Origin: Gammaproteobacteria bacterium RIFCSPLOWO2_02_FULL_56_15
Lineage (GTDB): Bacteria; Pseudomonadota; Gammaproteobacteria; Eutrophobiales; Eutrophobiaceae
Reading direction: 5' to 3'
DNA: 36,281 bases
Assembly: GCA_001801825.1 (NCBI GenBank)
Contig: MGYR01000135.1
Location: 1-36,281 of the forward strand
Of the stretch, positions 9,509 through 19,509 are shown piece after piece; position 1 is the stretch's first letter; the number at the start of each line of letters is the position of its first letter. The position numbers and the translations under genes are program-made. The notes below the pieces were generated by a model. The model was not told the origin of the DNA. It ran no database searches and saw nothing but the letters and a program-made list of their open reading frames with translations.

Positions 9509-10723
9509 TTACAGATGTCCCCGTTGATCGGAGCGTGTGAAGCCACGCAACTGATGAGGGCATTTCCTACCCAACACCATTAGCTTGAAGCGTTCCCCCA
9601 TCTCGCCGGGCATCGTCAGCATTCTAATCTGAGCCAGCAGTTGCATGCGGTGCTTTTGATCCATATCCGCGAGCCGGTTCATGATCTGTTCCATATCGCA
9701 AGACAGCAGAAAATAAGCCTGGTTCGTGTAACCGATCAGTGAAAGTCCCGCATCGATGGCTGCTTCCGCCACTGCGGTAAAATCAACCGAAGTCGTTATA
9801 TCCTGCAATCCCGGATAAAGGAAGGGATCATGGTGCACTCGGTGACGGTAATGACACAACAGTGTCCCCTGATCGCGCTGCCAGTGATAATACTCATGCC
9901 GTGGATATCCATAATCCACCAGCAGGATGACTCCCTGCTCCAGAATGCCAGCGAAGGTGCTTACCCAGGCGTCCAGTCCCAGATTTATCTCTGTCGTGTA
10001 GCCATTGGGCCATGCTCCATCCAGTTGCCTTCTGATTCGCCCAGCATGGGAGATTATCTCAGGTCCTGCAGTGACTTTACTCCAGGTAAAATCATCTCGT
10101 TCCCGCGACACGCAGTATTCGAATATCCCTTCCCTCTCAAAACCAAGTCGTACCACCGGTTGTGCATCCAAGACCTCGTTAGCCACGATTACTCCACGAA
10201 ATTCGTATTTGGGTAATCCGGCCAGCCATTCAATCCGACCCATGAGATGCGGGATGCTCATTGTCAGCAGTTCCTGCTGACGGGCCTTCAAATCTGCACT
10301 GATCTCCAGGATGAGATATCTCTCCGGCAGGCAATTCCGGTACTCCAGCTCCCTGAGCATTTCCGCAGCCATTGCACCTGTCCCCGCACCCACTTCAAGT
10401 AGGGATCCACCTCCAATCGATCGCAGGACTTCTTCGCACTGCACCGCGATACAGCGGGAAAACAACGGGGAGATTTCAGGAGCCGTTACAAAATCACCGT
10501 CCCTGCCAAATTTTCTTGCCCCGGCGCTGTAGTAGCCCAGCCCCGGTTCGTAGAGAGCCATCCGCATGAATTGATCGAAACCGATAGCTCCCTTGTTTTC
10601 TATAATCCTTTCTATAATTCGATGTGTCAGGGCCTCGCTGTGTGCGATGGCTTCCCGACCCGGTGCAGGGACGTTGCAGACACTTCGGCCCGATCCAGCA
10701 GCAGCTTGCCTGAAAGTGGTCAT
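9509..10723 (-). CDS. SAM-dependent methyltransferase, MidA/NDUFAF7 family
   Basis: GYY...FGRDGDFVTAPEISPLF, EVGAGTG, ANEVLDA, DYG, PGLQDITTSVDF and MGERFK motifs. Confidence 0.92.
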   Translation of the reverse strand: MTTFRQAAAGSGRSVCNVPAPGREAIAHSEALTHRIIERIIENKGAIGFDQFMRMALYEPGLGYYSAGARKFGRDGDFVTAPEISPLFSRCIAVQCEEVLRSIGGGSLLEVGAGTGAMAAEMLRELEYRNCLPERYLILEISADLKARQQELLTMSIPHLMGRIEWLAGLPKYEFRGVIVANEVLDAQPVVRLGFEREGIFEYCVSRERDDFTWSKVTAGPEIISHAGRIRRQLDGAWPNGYTTEINLGLDAWVSTFAGILEQGVILLVDYGYPRHEYYHWQRDQGTLLCHYRHRVHHDPFLYPGLQDITTSVDFTAVAEAAIDAGLSLIGYTNQAYFLLSCDMEQIMNRLADMDQKHRMQLLAQIRMLTMPGEMGERFKLMVLGRKCPHQLRGFTRSDQRGHL

Positions 10724-10811
10724 CTAATGGTTTTCGAAAATGCGATTTTCTGTCCGCTTGTTGGTACAATCATACTGTCGATGTTACAACTTGCATAATA
10801 TCAACCAGACC

Positions 10812-11543
10812 ATGGCAAATAAAACAGTTCTTGTAACCGGAGCTGCGAAGAGACTTGGCGCCGGACTTGCCCGGTATTTGCACGGTCAAGGTATGGATAT
10901 CATCCTTCATTACCATCATTCACAGGATGAGGCACAAGTGTTGGCTGATGAACTCTCGGAATTGCGGGATGGATCAATCTTGACCGTAATGGGTGACCTG
11001 AGAGATCCCGACGCCCCCAGGCAGATAATTTCTGCTGCAGCTCAATTCAAGGGACACCTTGATGTGTTAATCAACAACGCCTCGGTTTTTTATCCGACCC
11101 CACTGGAGCACGCTACCCTCTCGCAATGGGATGAGTCGATTACCGTAAATATGAGAGCACCTTATTTTCTCACGAAAGAGGCAGCCTCTTATTTGCGTAT
11201 AGCAAAGGGCTGTATTATCAGCATCGCGGACATCCATGCGGATCGGCCTCTGTACAACTACTCCATATATTGCGCTTCCAAGGCGGGACTGGTGATGCTG
11301 ACCCGGGCACTAGCCCGGGAGCTGGGGCCGGCAATACGGGTAAATGCAGTTGCACCTGGCGCAATACTCTGGCCCGAATCTATGCCCATCAGTAAACAGA
11401 ATGACATCCTTGACCGGACAGTACTGAAACAGGCCGGCAGCACGGATGATATCGCCAAGGCAATCAGGTACCTGATCCTTGATGGGGATTATATTACGGG
11501 TCAGGTGTTGACCGTGGACGGCGGACGCACACTCTACTCCTGA
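10812..11543 (+). CDS. Pteridine reductase (SDR, FolM/PTR1-like)
   Basis: TGAAKRLG, NNASVF, YCASK, VNAVAPG, VDGG. Start taken at ATG 10812 (MANKTVLVTG). Adjacent to folK/folB. Confidence 0.9.
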   Translation: MANKTVLVTGAAKRLGAGLARYLHGQGMDIILHYHHSQDEAQVLADELSELRDGSILTVMGDLRDPDAPRQIISAAAQFKGHLDVLINNASVFYPTPLEHATLSQWDESITVNMRAPYFLTKEAASYLRIAKGCIISIADIHADRPLYNYSIYCASKAGLVMLTRALARELGPAIRVNAVAPGAILWPESMPISKQNDILDRTVLKQAGSTDDIAKAIRYLILDGDYITGQVLTVDGGRTLYS

Positions 11544-11576
11544 GTGGCGCCGGCAATGCAAGGATGAATTGCCGAA

Positions 11577-11990
11577 TTACTCAAACTGCGGGATCTCACC
11601 GGCATTAAACCAGGCTTTCAGCTCCGGGTCATACCACCACTGATGTTCGAAGGATATTTTTTGCAATGTGCCACGACTGGTATTGTAATATTCGATTTGC
11701 CCCTTGATAGTCGCCTCTGACACGGATTCATCAACGACCTTTTCATCCACCCGGTAGCCTGTAACACGCACTGCCTGCAGTTTCCCGGTATCCAATTGCA
11801 GCTGCCCGCCATCCCGATCCCGGTGAAAGTCCTCGATTTCGTTATATAGAGACCAGCGCCACGCGACACTGTACCCGTTAATCGCCGCCTCAAGGGAATT
11901 AGCCCTGGACCTGATATTACTGCTGTTGCATGCCGCAAGAGTCAGCAGAAAAATGTACAGTAGATATAACTTTCTGTTCATAGCAATCAC
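11577..11990 (-). CDS. Hypothetical lipoprotein
   Basis: Signal MNRKLYLLYIFLLTLAAC ending in lipobox LAAC. 137 aa. Confidence 0.75.
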   Translation of the reverse strand: MIAMNRKLYLLYIFLLTLAACNSSNIRSRANSLEAAINGYSVAWRWSLYNEIEDFHRDRDGGQLQLDTGKLQAVRVTGYRVDEKVVDESVSEATIKGQIEYYNTSRGTLQKISFEHQWWYDPELKAWFNAGEIPQFE

Positions 11991-12039
11991 CTGTCAATTA
12001 TTATTGGTGGCCTCAAGTACAACAGGAGCAGAGAGAGAA

Positions 12040-12531
12040 TCATAGCGGGTTGAATTGAACCTGCCATATGGATTGTTCCGGGTCACAGAACTTGATCCAT
12101 AGTTCCGCCATACTGATGCCGAGCACGGGGTGTATGATGTTGGCGGCAATATCGGCGAGTGGTTTCAGTACAAACGCATATCTTGTGATTTCCTCCCTTG
12201 GAACCTGAAACCTTCCCCATTGTTGAATGAGATCGCCGTACATCAGCAAGTCGAGATCCAGTGATCGGGAACCAACATATGGTCCGGTCCTGACCCTCTT
12301 GCATAGTGATTCGATCTCGTGCAGTTCTATAACCAGTTGTTTCGGGGCCAACCCGGTACTAAACCCGACCACGAGATTATAGAAATTTTCTCCTTCAAAG
12401 CCCACAGCCCGGCTTTCATACACGGGTGAAAGTGAGATAATTCCGAAACGCTCTCTGATCTTAGCAATACCGATCCTGATATTCTGCTCGCGGTCCATAT
12501 TACTGCCGATTCCCACAAACACCATCTCCAT
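12040..12531 (-). CDS. folK: 2-amino-4-hydroxy-6-hydroxymethyldihydropteridine diphosphokinase
   Basis: VGIGSNM, SPVYES, RSLDLDLL, FVLKPLADIA. Directly downstream of folB. Confidence 0.92.
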   Translation of the reverse strand: MEMVFVGIGSNMDREQNIRIGIAKIRERFGIISLSPVYESRAVGFEGENFYNLVVGFSTGLAPKQLVIELHEIESLCKRVRTGPYVGSRSLDLDLLMYGDLIQQWGRFQVPREEITRYAFVLKPLADIAANIIHPVLGISMAELWIKFCDPEQSIWQVQFNPL

Positions 12532-12532
12532 A

Positions 12533-12889
12533 TCAGCCAGGCATCCTCCTTTCTATAATGACGCCCACATCCCGGACTCCCCTGACTGCACCTTGTTTGT
12601 TGAGCGTCAGGCGGCACCAGGGTACCTTGAATTCCATCAAAATGATTTCTGCAATTTTTTCCGCCAGTGATTCGACCAATTCAAAGCGGCTTTCTTCTAC
12701 AAAGGAAATAATCCTCTTTGCTACTTCCTTGTAATTGAGCGTATTCTCAATGGAATCTCCGGCGGCCGCTTTTGCCACGTCAGCTCCCATTTCAATATCC
12801 AGAATAACCGTCTGCCTGGTTCTGCGTTCCCACTCATAGATCCCTATTACGGTATCGATACGCAAATCTCTCAGAAATATTATGTCCAC
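12533..12889 (-). CDS. folB: Dihydroneopterin aldolase
   Basis: GTG start. IGIYEWER, LNYKEV, FELVESLAE, K(QG)AV...VGVIIER. Confidence 0.95.
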   Translation of the reverse strand: MDIIFLRDLRIDTVIGIYEWERRTRQTVILDIEMGADVAKAAAGDSIENTLNYKEVAKRIISFVEESRFELVESLAEKIAEIILMEFKVPWCRLTLNKQGAVRGVRDVGVIIERRMPG

Positions 12890-13063
12890 GGAGCTAGTCT
12901 AATCACAGTAGTCGAAAACAGTATACACTCTGAGAAATAGTCTGCCAGATCGAAAGCTTCAAGCCCGCAAGGGTCGCCCTTGAAAATATCCGGGTACATA
13001 TGCATTGACACCGCTACAATAAGACAAGGCAAAGATTAAGGGACTGCCTCTGGATATAACAGC

Positions 13064-13660
13064 ATGTTGATGAATCTTTTTCTCGTTTCCCTCGCATACC
13101 TTTCTGGGTCACTCTGTTCCGCTATCATCATTTGCAGGCTCCTGGGTCTGGAAGACCCGCGCCGAGGCGGTTCCGGCAATCCGGGGGCTACCAATGTATT
13201 GCGTCTTTATGGCAGCAGGGTGGCTGCATTTACCCTGGCAGGTGATGTATTAAAAGGTATTGCACCCGTACTTCTGGCGAAGTTCCTGCAGGCCCCACAA
13301 ATTGTCATCGCCCTCTGTGGCCTGGGTGCATTTTTTGGACACGTTTATCCATTGTACTTCCGATTCCGGGGCGGGAAGGGTGTCGCTACGTTCCTCGGTG
13401 TGCTTGGAGCGACTGACTGGTTGCTGGGACTCGGTTTCATCATTACCTGGTCGGCTGTGGCCCTGGTGTCCAGATACTCTTCACTGGCGGCAGTCATTGC
13501 CTCTGTCATGACGCTGTTATATACGTGGCTGCTAACAGAATCACCTGTTTATCTGCTATGTAATCTATGCATTGTATCTGCCCTACTCTGGAGGCACAGA
13601 TCCAATCTGGCCAAACTGCTGACCGGAACGGAAAAAAAGATCGGGGGAAAAAGCACCTGA
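13064..13660 (+). CDS. plsY: Glycerol-3-phosphate acyltransferase
   Basis: GSGNPGATNVLR, GHVYP..F.FRGGKGVAT, RHRSNL motifs. Divergent from folB as in many gammaproteobacteria. Confidence 0.95.
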   Translation: MLMNLFLVSLAYLSGSLCSAIIICRLLGLEDPRRGGSGNPGATNVLRLYGSRVAAFTLAGDVLKGIAPVLLAKFLQAPQIVIALCGLGAFFGHVYPLYFRFRGGKGVATFLGVLGATDWLLGLGFIITWSAVALVSRYSSLAAVIASVMTLLYTWLLTESPVYLLCNLCIVSALLWRHRSNLAKLLTGTEKKIGGKST

Positions 13661-13673
13661 AATTGCCACAACA

Positions 13674-14690
13674 CTACGGATCCACGACCCTGGGCAGATC
13701 TTGCAACGGCCAGCGGGGATATGCGGCAAAGGCCAGGGGTTCCTGCACCCCGGATTGCAGACGCAGCCACCCTGCGTAGGCGATCATGGCGCCGTTGTCA
13801 GTGCAAAATTCCGGTCTGGGAAAATATATCCTTCCCCCCTCTTCCCCAATCATGCGGGTTAAGCCTTCCCGTAACTGACGATTCGCGCTTACACCCCCAG
13901 CCGCAATTAGCCGCTTCAGCCCCGTGGAACGCATGGCCCGTCGGCATTTAATTATCAGCGTATCCACCACTGCATCGACGAAAGCACGGGCTATATCCGC
14001 CCGAGTCTGTTCATCCGATCCCGAGGCTGTCACTGTATTCAGAACCTGAGTCTTGAGACCACTGAAACTGAAATCCAGACCCGGCCGCGCAGTCATCGGC
14101 CTGGGGAAAGTAAAAACCCCGGTTCGACCATTTTCTGCCAATACCGATAGCTGAGACCCGCCTGGATATTCAATGCCCAGTAATTTCGCTGTTTTGTCAA
14201 ATGCCTCGCCCGCAGCATCATCCAGCGTATCTCCCAGTATGTAATAGACGCTAGGGGCATCAACTTGGACCAGTTGCGTGTGGCCTCCGGACACCAGCAA
14301 GGCCAGGAAGGGGAAATCTGGGGGATGTACTTCCAGCATGGGAGCGAGCAAATGAGCCTCCATGTGGTGCACGGCAATCGCCGGTTTTCCCCATGCATAT
14401 GCCAGACTTCGACCGATCGCGGCGCCCACCAACAGGGCGCCTACGAGACCAGGCCCGGCGGTATAGGCGATTCCGTCCGCCTTGGTGATACCTGCCGCTT
14501 CCAGGACATCACGGATCAGGAGAATAGTGCGGCTGATATGGTTGCGTGACGCGAGTTCAGGCACGACACCGCCATAATCACGATGCAGACTGGCCTGACT
14601 GTGCAACAAGTGTGCGAGCAATCCCCGTTCCGGGTGGTAAACGGCCACTCCGGTCTCATCACAGGAGGTTTCTATCCCCAGTACATACAT
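13674..14690 (-). CDS. tsaD: tRNA N6-threonylcarbamoyladenosine biosynthesis protein
   Basis: [52 protein letters not shown]. Confidence 0.97.
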   Translation of the reverse strand: MYVLGIETSCDETGVAVYHPERGLLAHLLHSQASLHRDYGGVVPELASRNHISRTILLIRDVLEAAGITKADGIAYTAGPGLVGALLVGAAIGRSLAYAWGKPAIAVHHMEAHLLAPMLEVHPPDFPFLALLVSGGHTQLVQVDAPSVYYILGDTLDDAAGEAFDKTAKLLGIEYPGGSQLSVLAENGRTGVFTFPRPMTARPGLDFSFSGLKTQVLNTVTASGSDEQTRADIARAFVDAVVDTLIIKCRRAMRSTGLKRLIAAGGVSANRQLREGLTRMIGEEGGRIYFPRPEFCTDNGAMIAYAGWLRLQSGVQEPLAFAAYPRWPLQDLPRVVDP

Positions 14691-14730
14691 AATTACTTTC
14701 TAAATAATGGTAAGATTTGCCGATTATGCC

Positions 14731-14758
14731 TTGCAATTCACCGGAATAGCACTAAAAT
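14731..14758 (+). promoter_or_regulatory. Sigma70 promoter of the rpsU-yqeY-dnaG-rpoD operon
   Basis: TTGCAA-16 bp-TAAAAT followed by a GC-rich discriminator (TGCCCGC). Confidence 0.6.
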
Positions 14759-14803
14759 TGCCCGCTTTTCCATAACCAGCGGGATTTCAGGAACCATAAC
14801 TAT

Positions 14804-15019
14804 ATGCCATCAGTTAAAGTCAGAGACAATGAACCATTTGACCTGGCCCTGCGCAGGTTCAAGCGTGCCTGCGAAAAAGCCGGGACACTGGCCGAAGTCC
14901 ATCGCAGGGAAGCCTATGAAAAGCCCACGCAGATAAGAAAACGCAAAGCAGCAGCGGCTGTAAAACGTAACCAGAAGCGCGTCTCCAAGGAACTGAACCG
15001 GCATATCCGACTGTACTAA
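14804..15019 (+). CDS. rpsU: 30S ribosomal protein S21
   Basis: [27 protein letters not shown]...YEKPT..RKRK, 71 aa. Confidence 0.98.
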   Translation: MPSVKVRDNEPFDLALRRFKRACEKAGTLAEVHRREAYEKPTQIRKRKAAAAVKRNQKRVSKELNRHIRLY

Positions 15020-15049
15020 GTACACGTTGCCCGGAATAATCCAATCCCC

Positions 15050-15499
15050 ATGTCCGCCTTGAAACAACGGATCAGTGATGATGTCAAGCAGGCCATGCGC
15101 GAGCGGGACAAGGAGCGGCTTTCCACACTTAGACTTCTAACTGCAGCGATCAAGCAGAAAGAAGTCGATGACCGGCTAGAGCTTGATGATGGCCATATAC
15201 TGGCTTTACTGGACAAACTTATCAGACAATATAGTGATTCCATCGAACAGTTCAAAAAGGGGAATCGATACGACCTCGTGGAGAAGGAAACTCGGGAACT
15301 GCAGATAGTACTGCACTACCTGCCAACGCAAATGACCAGAGACGAAATCGCCAGCTTGGTAGCCGATACCATTGATGAGACCAGTGCAACGAGTATCCGG
15401 GACATGGGCAAGGTCATGGGCGCGCTGAAACCAAGGGTACAGGGTCGTGCAGATATGAGTATCGTCAGCGAACTTCTCAAACAGCAATTATCCCCGTAA
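15050..15499 (+). CDS. GatB/YqeY domain protein
   Basis: LKQRISDDVKQAMR...IKQKEVD...YLP...DMGKVMG...GRADM, in its usual position after rpsU. Confidence 0.93.
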   Translation: MSALKQRISDDVKQAMRERDKERLSTLRLLTAAIKQKEVDDRLELDDGHILALLDKLIRQYSDSIEQFKKGNRYDLVEKETRELQIVLHYLPTQMTRDEIASLVADTIDETSATSIRDMGKVMGALKPRVQGRADMSIVSELLKQQLSP

Positions 15500-15581
15500 T
15501 ACTTCTTGTTCTTCTTGCTACAGGGATCCACGGTACGGCACCCTGTCATGGCAGTTCTCTCCGGCTATACTTCACAGAACC

Positions 15582-17369
15582 ATGAGCGGCCTGATACCAC
15601 AGCCCTTTATTGATGACCTGTTGGCCAGAACAGACATTGTGGATCTGATCCACAGTTATGTTCCCTTGAAGAAGGCTGGCCATAATTATCAGGCACTGTG
15701 CCCGTTCCACGACGAAAAAACCCCATCATTTTCAGTCAATCAAGACCGGCAGTTCTATCATTGCTTCGGTTGTGGTGCGAGCGGGAACGCCATCAGTTTC
15801 ATGATGAATTACAACCGCATAGATTTTGTTGACGTGATCGAAGAACTGGCTACCCGTGCAGGATTGACTGTCCCGCACGAAGGAACAGCGCAATCACAGA
15901 AGGTCAAGGAAGACCTGACAGAACTCTATGAACTGATGGAACTCGTAATCGATTTTTATCGCAAGCAGCTGCAGGATCACTCACAATCTGGCTGTGCGGT
16001 TGAATACCTCAAGCACCGTGGCATCACTGACGAGATTGCATCAAAGTACGAGCTCGGCTTCGCACCGGATAACTGGGATTACCTCATTCAAAACCTGGGG
16101 AAGTCCGAGGCGGCAAAGGATCGTCTGTATAAAGCGGGGATGATCATTCGGCGTGATAACGGTAACTATTATGATCGATTCCGGCAACGCATTATGTACC
16201 CGATCCGGGACCAGCGTGGTAGGGCGATCGGTTTCGGTGGCAGAATTATCGATTCCGGTAATCCCAAGTATCTCAATTCGCCGGAAACATCTATTTTTCA
16301 CAAGGGCAGAGAACTTTACGGACTGTACCAGGCCCGCCAGAGTACAAGAAATCCAGAACGGCTTTATGTTGTAGAGGGTTACATGGATGTACTCGCTTTG
16401 TCCCAGCATGGGGTTACGAATTGCGTTGCAACCCTCGGCACAGCAGCTACAAGTGAACATATTGAACGGGTATTCCGCACCACGAGTGAAGTAGTCTTTT
16501 GTTTTGATGGTGATGACGCAGGCAGCAAGGCAGCATGGCGCGCCCTGGAAATTACGCTGCCAATGTTGAGAGACGGAAGGGAGGCCTATTTCATGTTCCT
16601 ACCAGAGGGACAAGATCCGGATGATTATATTCGTACTAACGGTAGGGAGGCATTTACTGACGCGAGCCAGCATCGCCCGCTTTCCAATATACTACTGGAG
16701 TTCCTGACACGGAACTTTAACCCGGCGATAATGGAGCATAAGGTCAGCCTGGTACACAAGGCAACACCATATCTGCAGAATCTACCCCAGGGGAGTCTGA
16801 AGCAGTTACTGTTGGCACAGCTTGCAATGCTTACCGACCGGGACACCAGCCAGTTGGAATTACTCTCATCACACCGAGAAACCCATGAAATCAGGAAATC
16901 AGCTGTTACTTACTCCGCACGAGAGGAGCGGAAACTGGTATCACAAGCAGTCAAACTACTATTACAACGCCCTCAACTTGCCTTACAAGTAACAGAAAAG
17001 ATGTCGCTGGAAAAGAGCGAGACTGCAGGAATCGAATTTCTTCAGGCACTAATCTTACTCGTTAAGAAAAATCCGGATATTACCTGTGCTCGGATACTTG
17101 AAAACTGGAGAGGGACACGATATGAAAAGCGTCTCGTACAGCTCGCACCAGGTGGACAATCACGCTATGGAGCGGATGAAACCTGCTTTGAAAGCAGCGA
17201 CTTCCTGCAGTCAGAATTCCTGGGAATTATCTACAGGTTAGAGGATGGTGAGAGAAAAAAACGACTCGTGGAATTCAATACCGTATCCAGTACCGCGAAA
17301 TTGACCAAAGAGCAAAAGGAATTCCTGAAAAACCTCAACCCGACGGCCAGAAGACCCGGTCAAAAGTGA
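15582..17369 (+). CDS. dnaG: DNA primase
   Basis: Zn finger CPFHDEKTPSF..YHCFGCG, YDRFRQR, KYLNSPET, TOPRIM EGYMDV, FDGDDAG, DPD. Confidence 0.98.
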   Translation: MSGLIPQPFIDDLLARTDIVDLIHSYVPLKKAGHNYQALCPFHDEKTPSFSVNQDRQFYHCFGCGASGNAISFMMNYNRIDFVDVIEELATRAGLTVPHEGTAQSQKVKEDLTELYELMELVIDFYRKQLQDHSQSGCAVEYLKHRGITDEIASKYELGFAPDNWDYLIQNLGKSEAAKDRLYKAGMIIRRDNGNYYDRFRQRIMYPIRDQRGRAIGFGGRIIDSGNPKYLNSPETSIFHKGRELYGLYQARQSTRNPERLYVVEGYMDVLALSQHGVTNCVATLGTAATSEHIERVFRTTSEVVFCFDGDDAGSKAAWRALEITLPMLRDGREAYFMFLPEGQDPDDYIRTNGREAFTDASQHRPLSNILLEFLTRNFNPAIMEHKVSLVHKATPYLQNLPQGSLKQLLLAQLAMLTDRDTSQLELLSSHRETHEIRKSAVTYSAREERKLVSQAVKLLLQRPQLALQVTEKMSLEKSETAGIEFLQALILLVKKNPDITCARILENWRGTRYEKRLVQLAPGGQSRYGADETCFESSDFLQSEFLGIIYRLEDGERKKRLVEFNTVSSTAKLTKEQKEFLKNLNPTARRPGQK

Positions 17370-17463
17370 TTTTACCTGGCGCGATGTTGAGATACCTGTT
17401 ATACTGTTCTGTTAGCATTTCTGCTATTTTTTCTATTTTATCAACCACTTAGAGAAAACCATC

Positions 17464-19362
17464 TTGAAAGCGATGCCATCACTGGAACACGTAGTAGAAG
17501 ATAGCTTGGGCAATACCTCCAACGACGGTGAATCCCGGCTGAAACTCCTCATCTCCAAAGGGAAGGAACAGGGCTTCCTAACCTATCACGAGGTAAATGA
17601 TCACCTGCCTGACGATATCGTCGATCCGGAGCAGGTCGAAGACATTATCAACATGATCAATGACATGGGCATAGAGGTTCATGAAACTGCCCCTGATTTG
17701 AGCCTAGTCATGACGGAGAAGACCGAAAGCCCGGATGAAGACGCCGCTGCGGAAGCGGCAGCCGCAATTCTTAGTGTGGATAATGAATTCGGCAGGACTA
17801 CAGACCCGGTTCGTATGTATATGCGGGAAATGGGTACGGTTGACCTCCTCACCCGTGAGGGCGAGATAAAGATCGCAAAGCGAATCGAAGAGGGTCTGAA
17901 CCAGGTACTGACCGCCCTTTCCCAGTTTCCAGGCAGCATCGACACACTGTTAATAGCGCATGCCCAAGTCGAGAAAGACGAAATCAAACTGGCAGATGTG
18001 CTAACTGGTTTCACCAACCAGGACGACTACCAGCAATCTGCGGCTCAGCCGGTTACTTCGACCGTGGATCGTGCCGCACCCAGTGCCGATAACGATGATG
18101 AAGAGGAAGATGAGCTCCAGGACAGTTCAGACAGCGATCCTGCGGAAGTTTCCATCGATCCCGAGGAAGTCAGAAAGCACATCAAGCAACTTGCCGACCA
18201 ACACAAGAAACTGATTCGGGCTATTCCGAGAAACGGCCGGGGCAACAAAAAAACTCTGGCTCTGCAGGACAAGCTCACCGAGCTTTTCATGGAACTTAAG
18301 CTTGCCCCAAAATTCATCGACGAATTGACTGTCAATCTCAATACGCTGATTGACAGTATCCGCTCCACGGAAAGAAACGTGATGAAACTTTGCGTTAAGG
18401 ACGCCAAGATGCCGCGTAAGGATTTCATCAACCAGTTTCCAGGTAATGAAACTAATACCAACTGGGTCACGGGTCTGATGAAAACCAGAAAAGCCTGGGT
18501 CGGGAATCTCGGTGCAATTCAGGCGGAGGTTGTCAGAAACCAGTCCAGACTGGCTCAGATCTTCGATAACAACTTGCTTACCATACCGGAGATAAAAGAA
18601 ATCAACCGAATGGTTTCTATCGGTGAGGCAAAGGCGCGGCGGGCAAAAAAGGAAATGGTCGAGGCGAACCTTCGTCTCGTGATCTCCATCGCCAAGAAAT
18701 ACACCAATCGTGGCCTCTTGTTTCTTGACTTGATCCAGGAAGGGAATATTGGGCTGATGAAGGCGGTGGATAAATTTGAATACCGCAGGGGATACAAGTT
18801 TTCCACCTATGCTACCTGGTGGATCCGGCAGGCTATAACACGTTCCATCGCTGATCAGGCTCGAACTATCCGTATACCGGTGCACATGATCGAAACCATC
18901 AACAAGCTGAACCGTATCTCCCGCCAAATCCTTCAGGAACTCGGACGCGAACCGACCCCAGAGGAACTTGCCGTGAGGATGGAAATGCCGGAGGACAAGG
19001 TGCGAAAAGTCTTGAAAATCGCCAAGGAGCCAATCTCCATGGAGACCCCTATTGGGGATGACGACGATTCTCATTTGGGTGACTTTATCGAGGATTCCAA
19101 TACTCAGGCACCGGCGGATTCAGCCGGATTCGAAGGCCTCCGCCGGGCGACAAAAACCGCGCTTGAAGGACTTACCCAACGTGAAGCGAAGGTGCTGCGC
19201 ATGCGCTTTGGTATAGAAATGAACACCGATCACACACTGGAAGAAGTCGGGAAACAATTTGATGTCACCCGTGAGCGGATCCGCCAGATCGAGGCCAAGG
19301 CCCTGCGCAAATTGAGGCACCCAAGCCGCTCGGATGAGCTACGAACATTTCTGGATTCATAA
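17464..19362 (+). CDS. rpoD: RNA polymerase primary sigma factor (start uncertain: TTG 17464 or ATG 17473)
   Basis: Region 1.1, [62 protein letters not shown]. Confidence 0.98.
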   Translation: MKAMPSLEHVVEDSLGNTSNDGESRLKLLISKGKEQGFLTYHEVNDHLPDDIVDPEQVEDIINMINDMGIEVHETAPDLSLVMTEKTESPDEDAAAEAAAAILSVDNEFGRTTDPVRMYMREMGTVDLLTREGEIKIAKRIEEGLNQVLTALSQFPGSIDTLLIAHAQVEKDEIKLADVLTGFTNQDDYQQSAAQPVTSTVDRAAPSADNDDEEEDELQDSSDSDPAEVSIDPEEVRKHIKQLADQHKKLIRAIPRNGRGNKKTLALQDKLTELFMELKLAPKFIDELTVNLNTLIDSIRSTERNVMKLCVKDAKMPRKDFINQFPGNETNTNWVTGLMKTRKAWVGNLGAIQAEVVRNQSRLAQIFDNNLLTIPEIKEINRMVSIGEAKARRAKKEMVEANLRLVISIAKKYTNRGLLFLDLIQEGNIGLMKAVDKFEYRRGYKFSTYATWWIRQAITRSIADQARTIRIPVHMIETINKLNRISRQILQELGREPTPEELAVRMEMPEDKVRKVLKIAKEPISMETPIGDDDDSHLGDFIEDSNTQAPADSAGFEGLRRATKTALEGLTQREAKVLRMRFGIEMNTDHTLEEVGKQFDVTRERIRQIEAKALRKLRHPSRSDELRTFLDS

Positions 19363-19403
19363 ATATCAGAATAATGGGTACGTAACTTCCGGAATACTTA
19401 CTC

Positions 19404-19431
19404 TTGATTTCCTGATCGCTGCCCTTATAAT
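19404..19431 (+). promoter_or_regulatory. Sigma70 stable-RNA promoter for tRNA-Ile2
   Basis: TTGATT-16 bp-TATAAT followed by GC-rich discriminator CCGCAC, about 78 bp upstream of the tRNA. Confidence 0.75.
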
Positions 19432-19509
19432 CCGCACTTCATTCAAGCAGTAGCCGGCGCCGAAGAGCGATCACGCGGCAACGGTATTTGTGTATTGGTT
19501 CTATAGAAC

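Noticed and set aside
17377..17391. TGGCGCGATGTTGA as a sigma54 promoter for rpoD
   Set aside because: Spacing is one base short and the -12 GC is absent.
18709..18741. RpoD region 2.2 reads [11 protein letters not shown] rather than the usual proteobacterial [11 protein letters not shown]
   Set aside because: Single substitution, and Leu at this position also occurs in other primary sigma factors ([11 protein letters not shown]).
18127..19074. 315-aa minus-strand ORF inside rpoD
   Set aside because: Antisense shadow produced by codon bias in a conserved gene.
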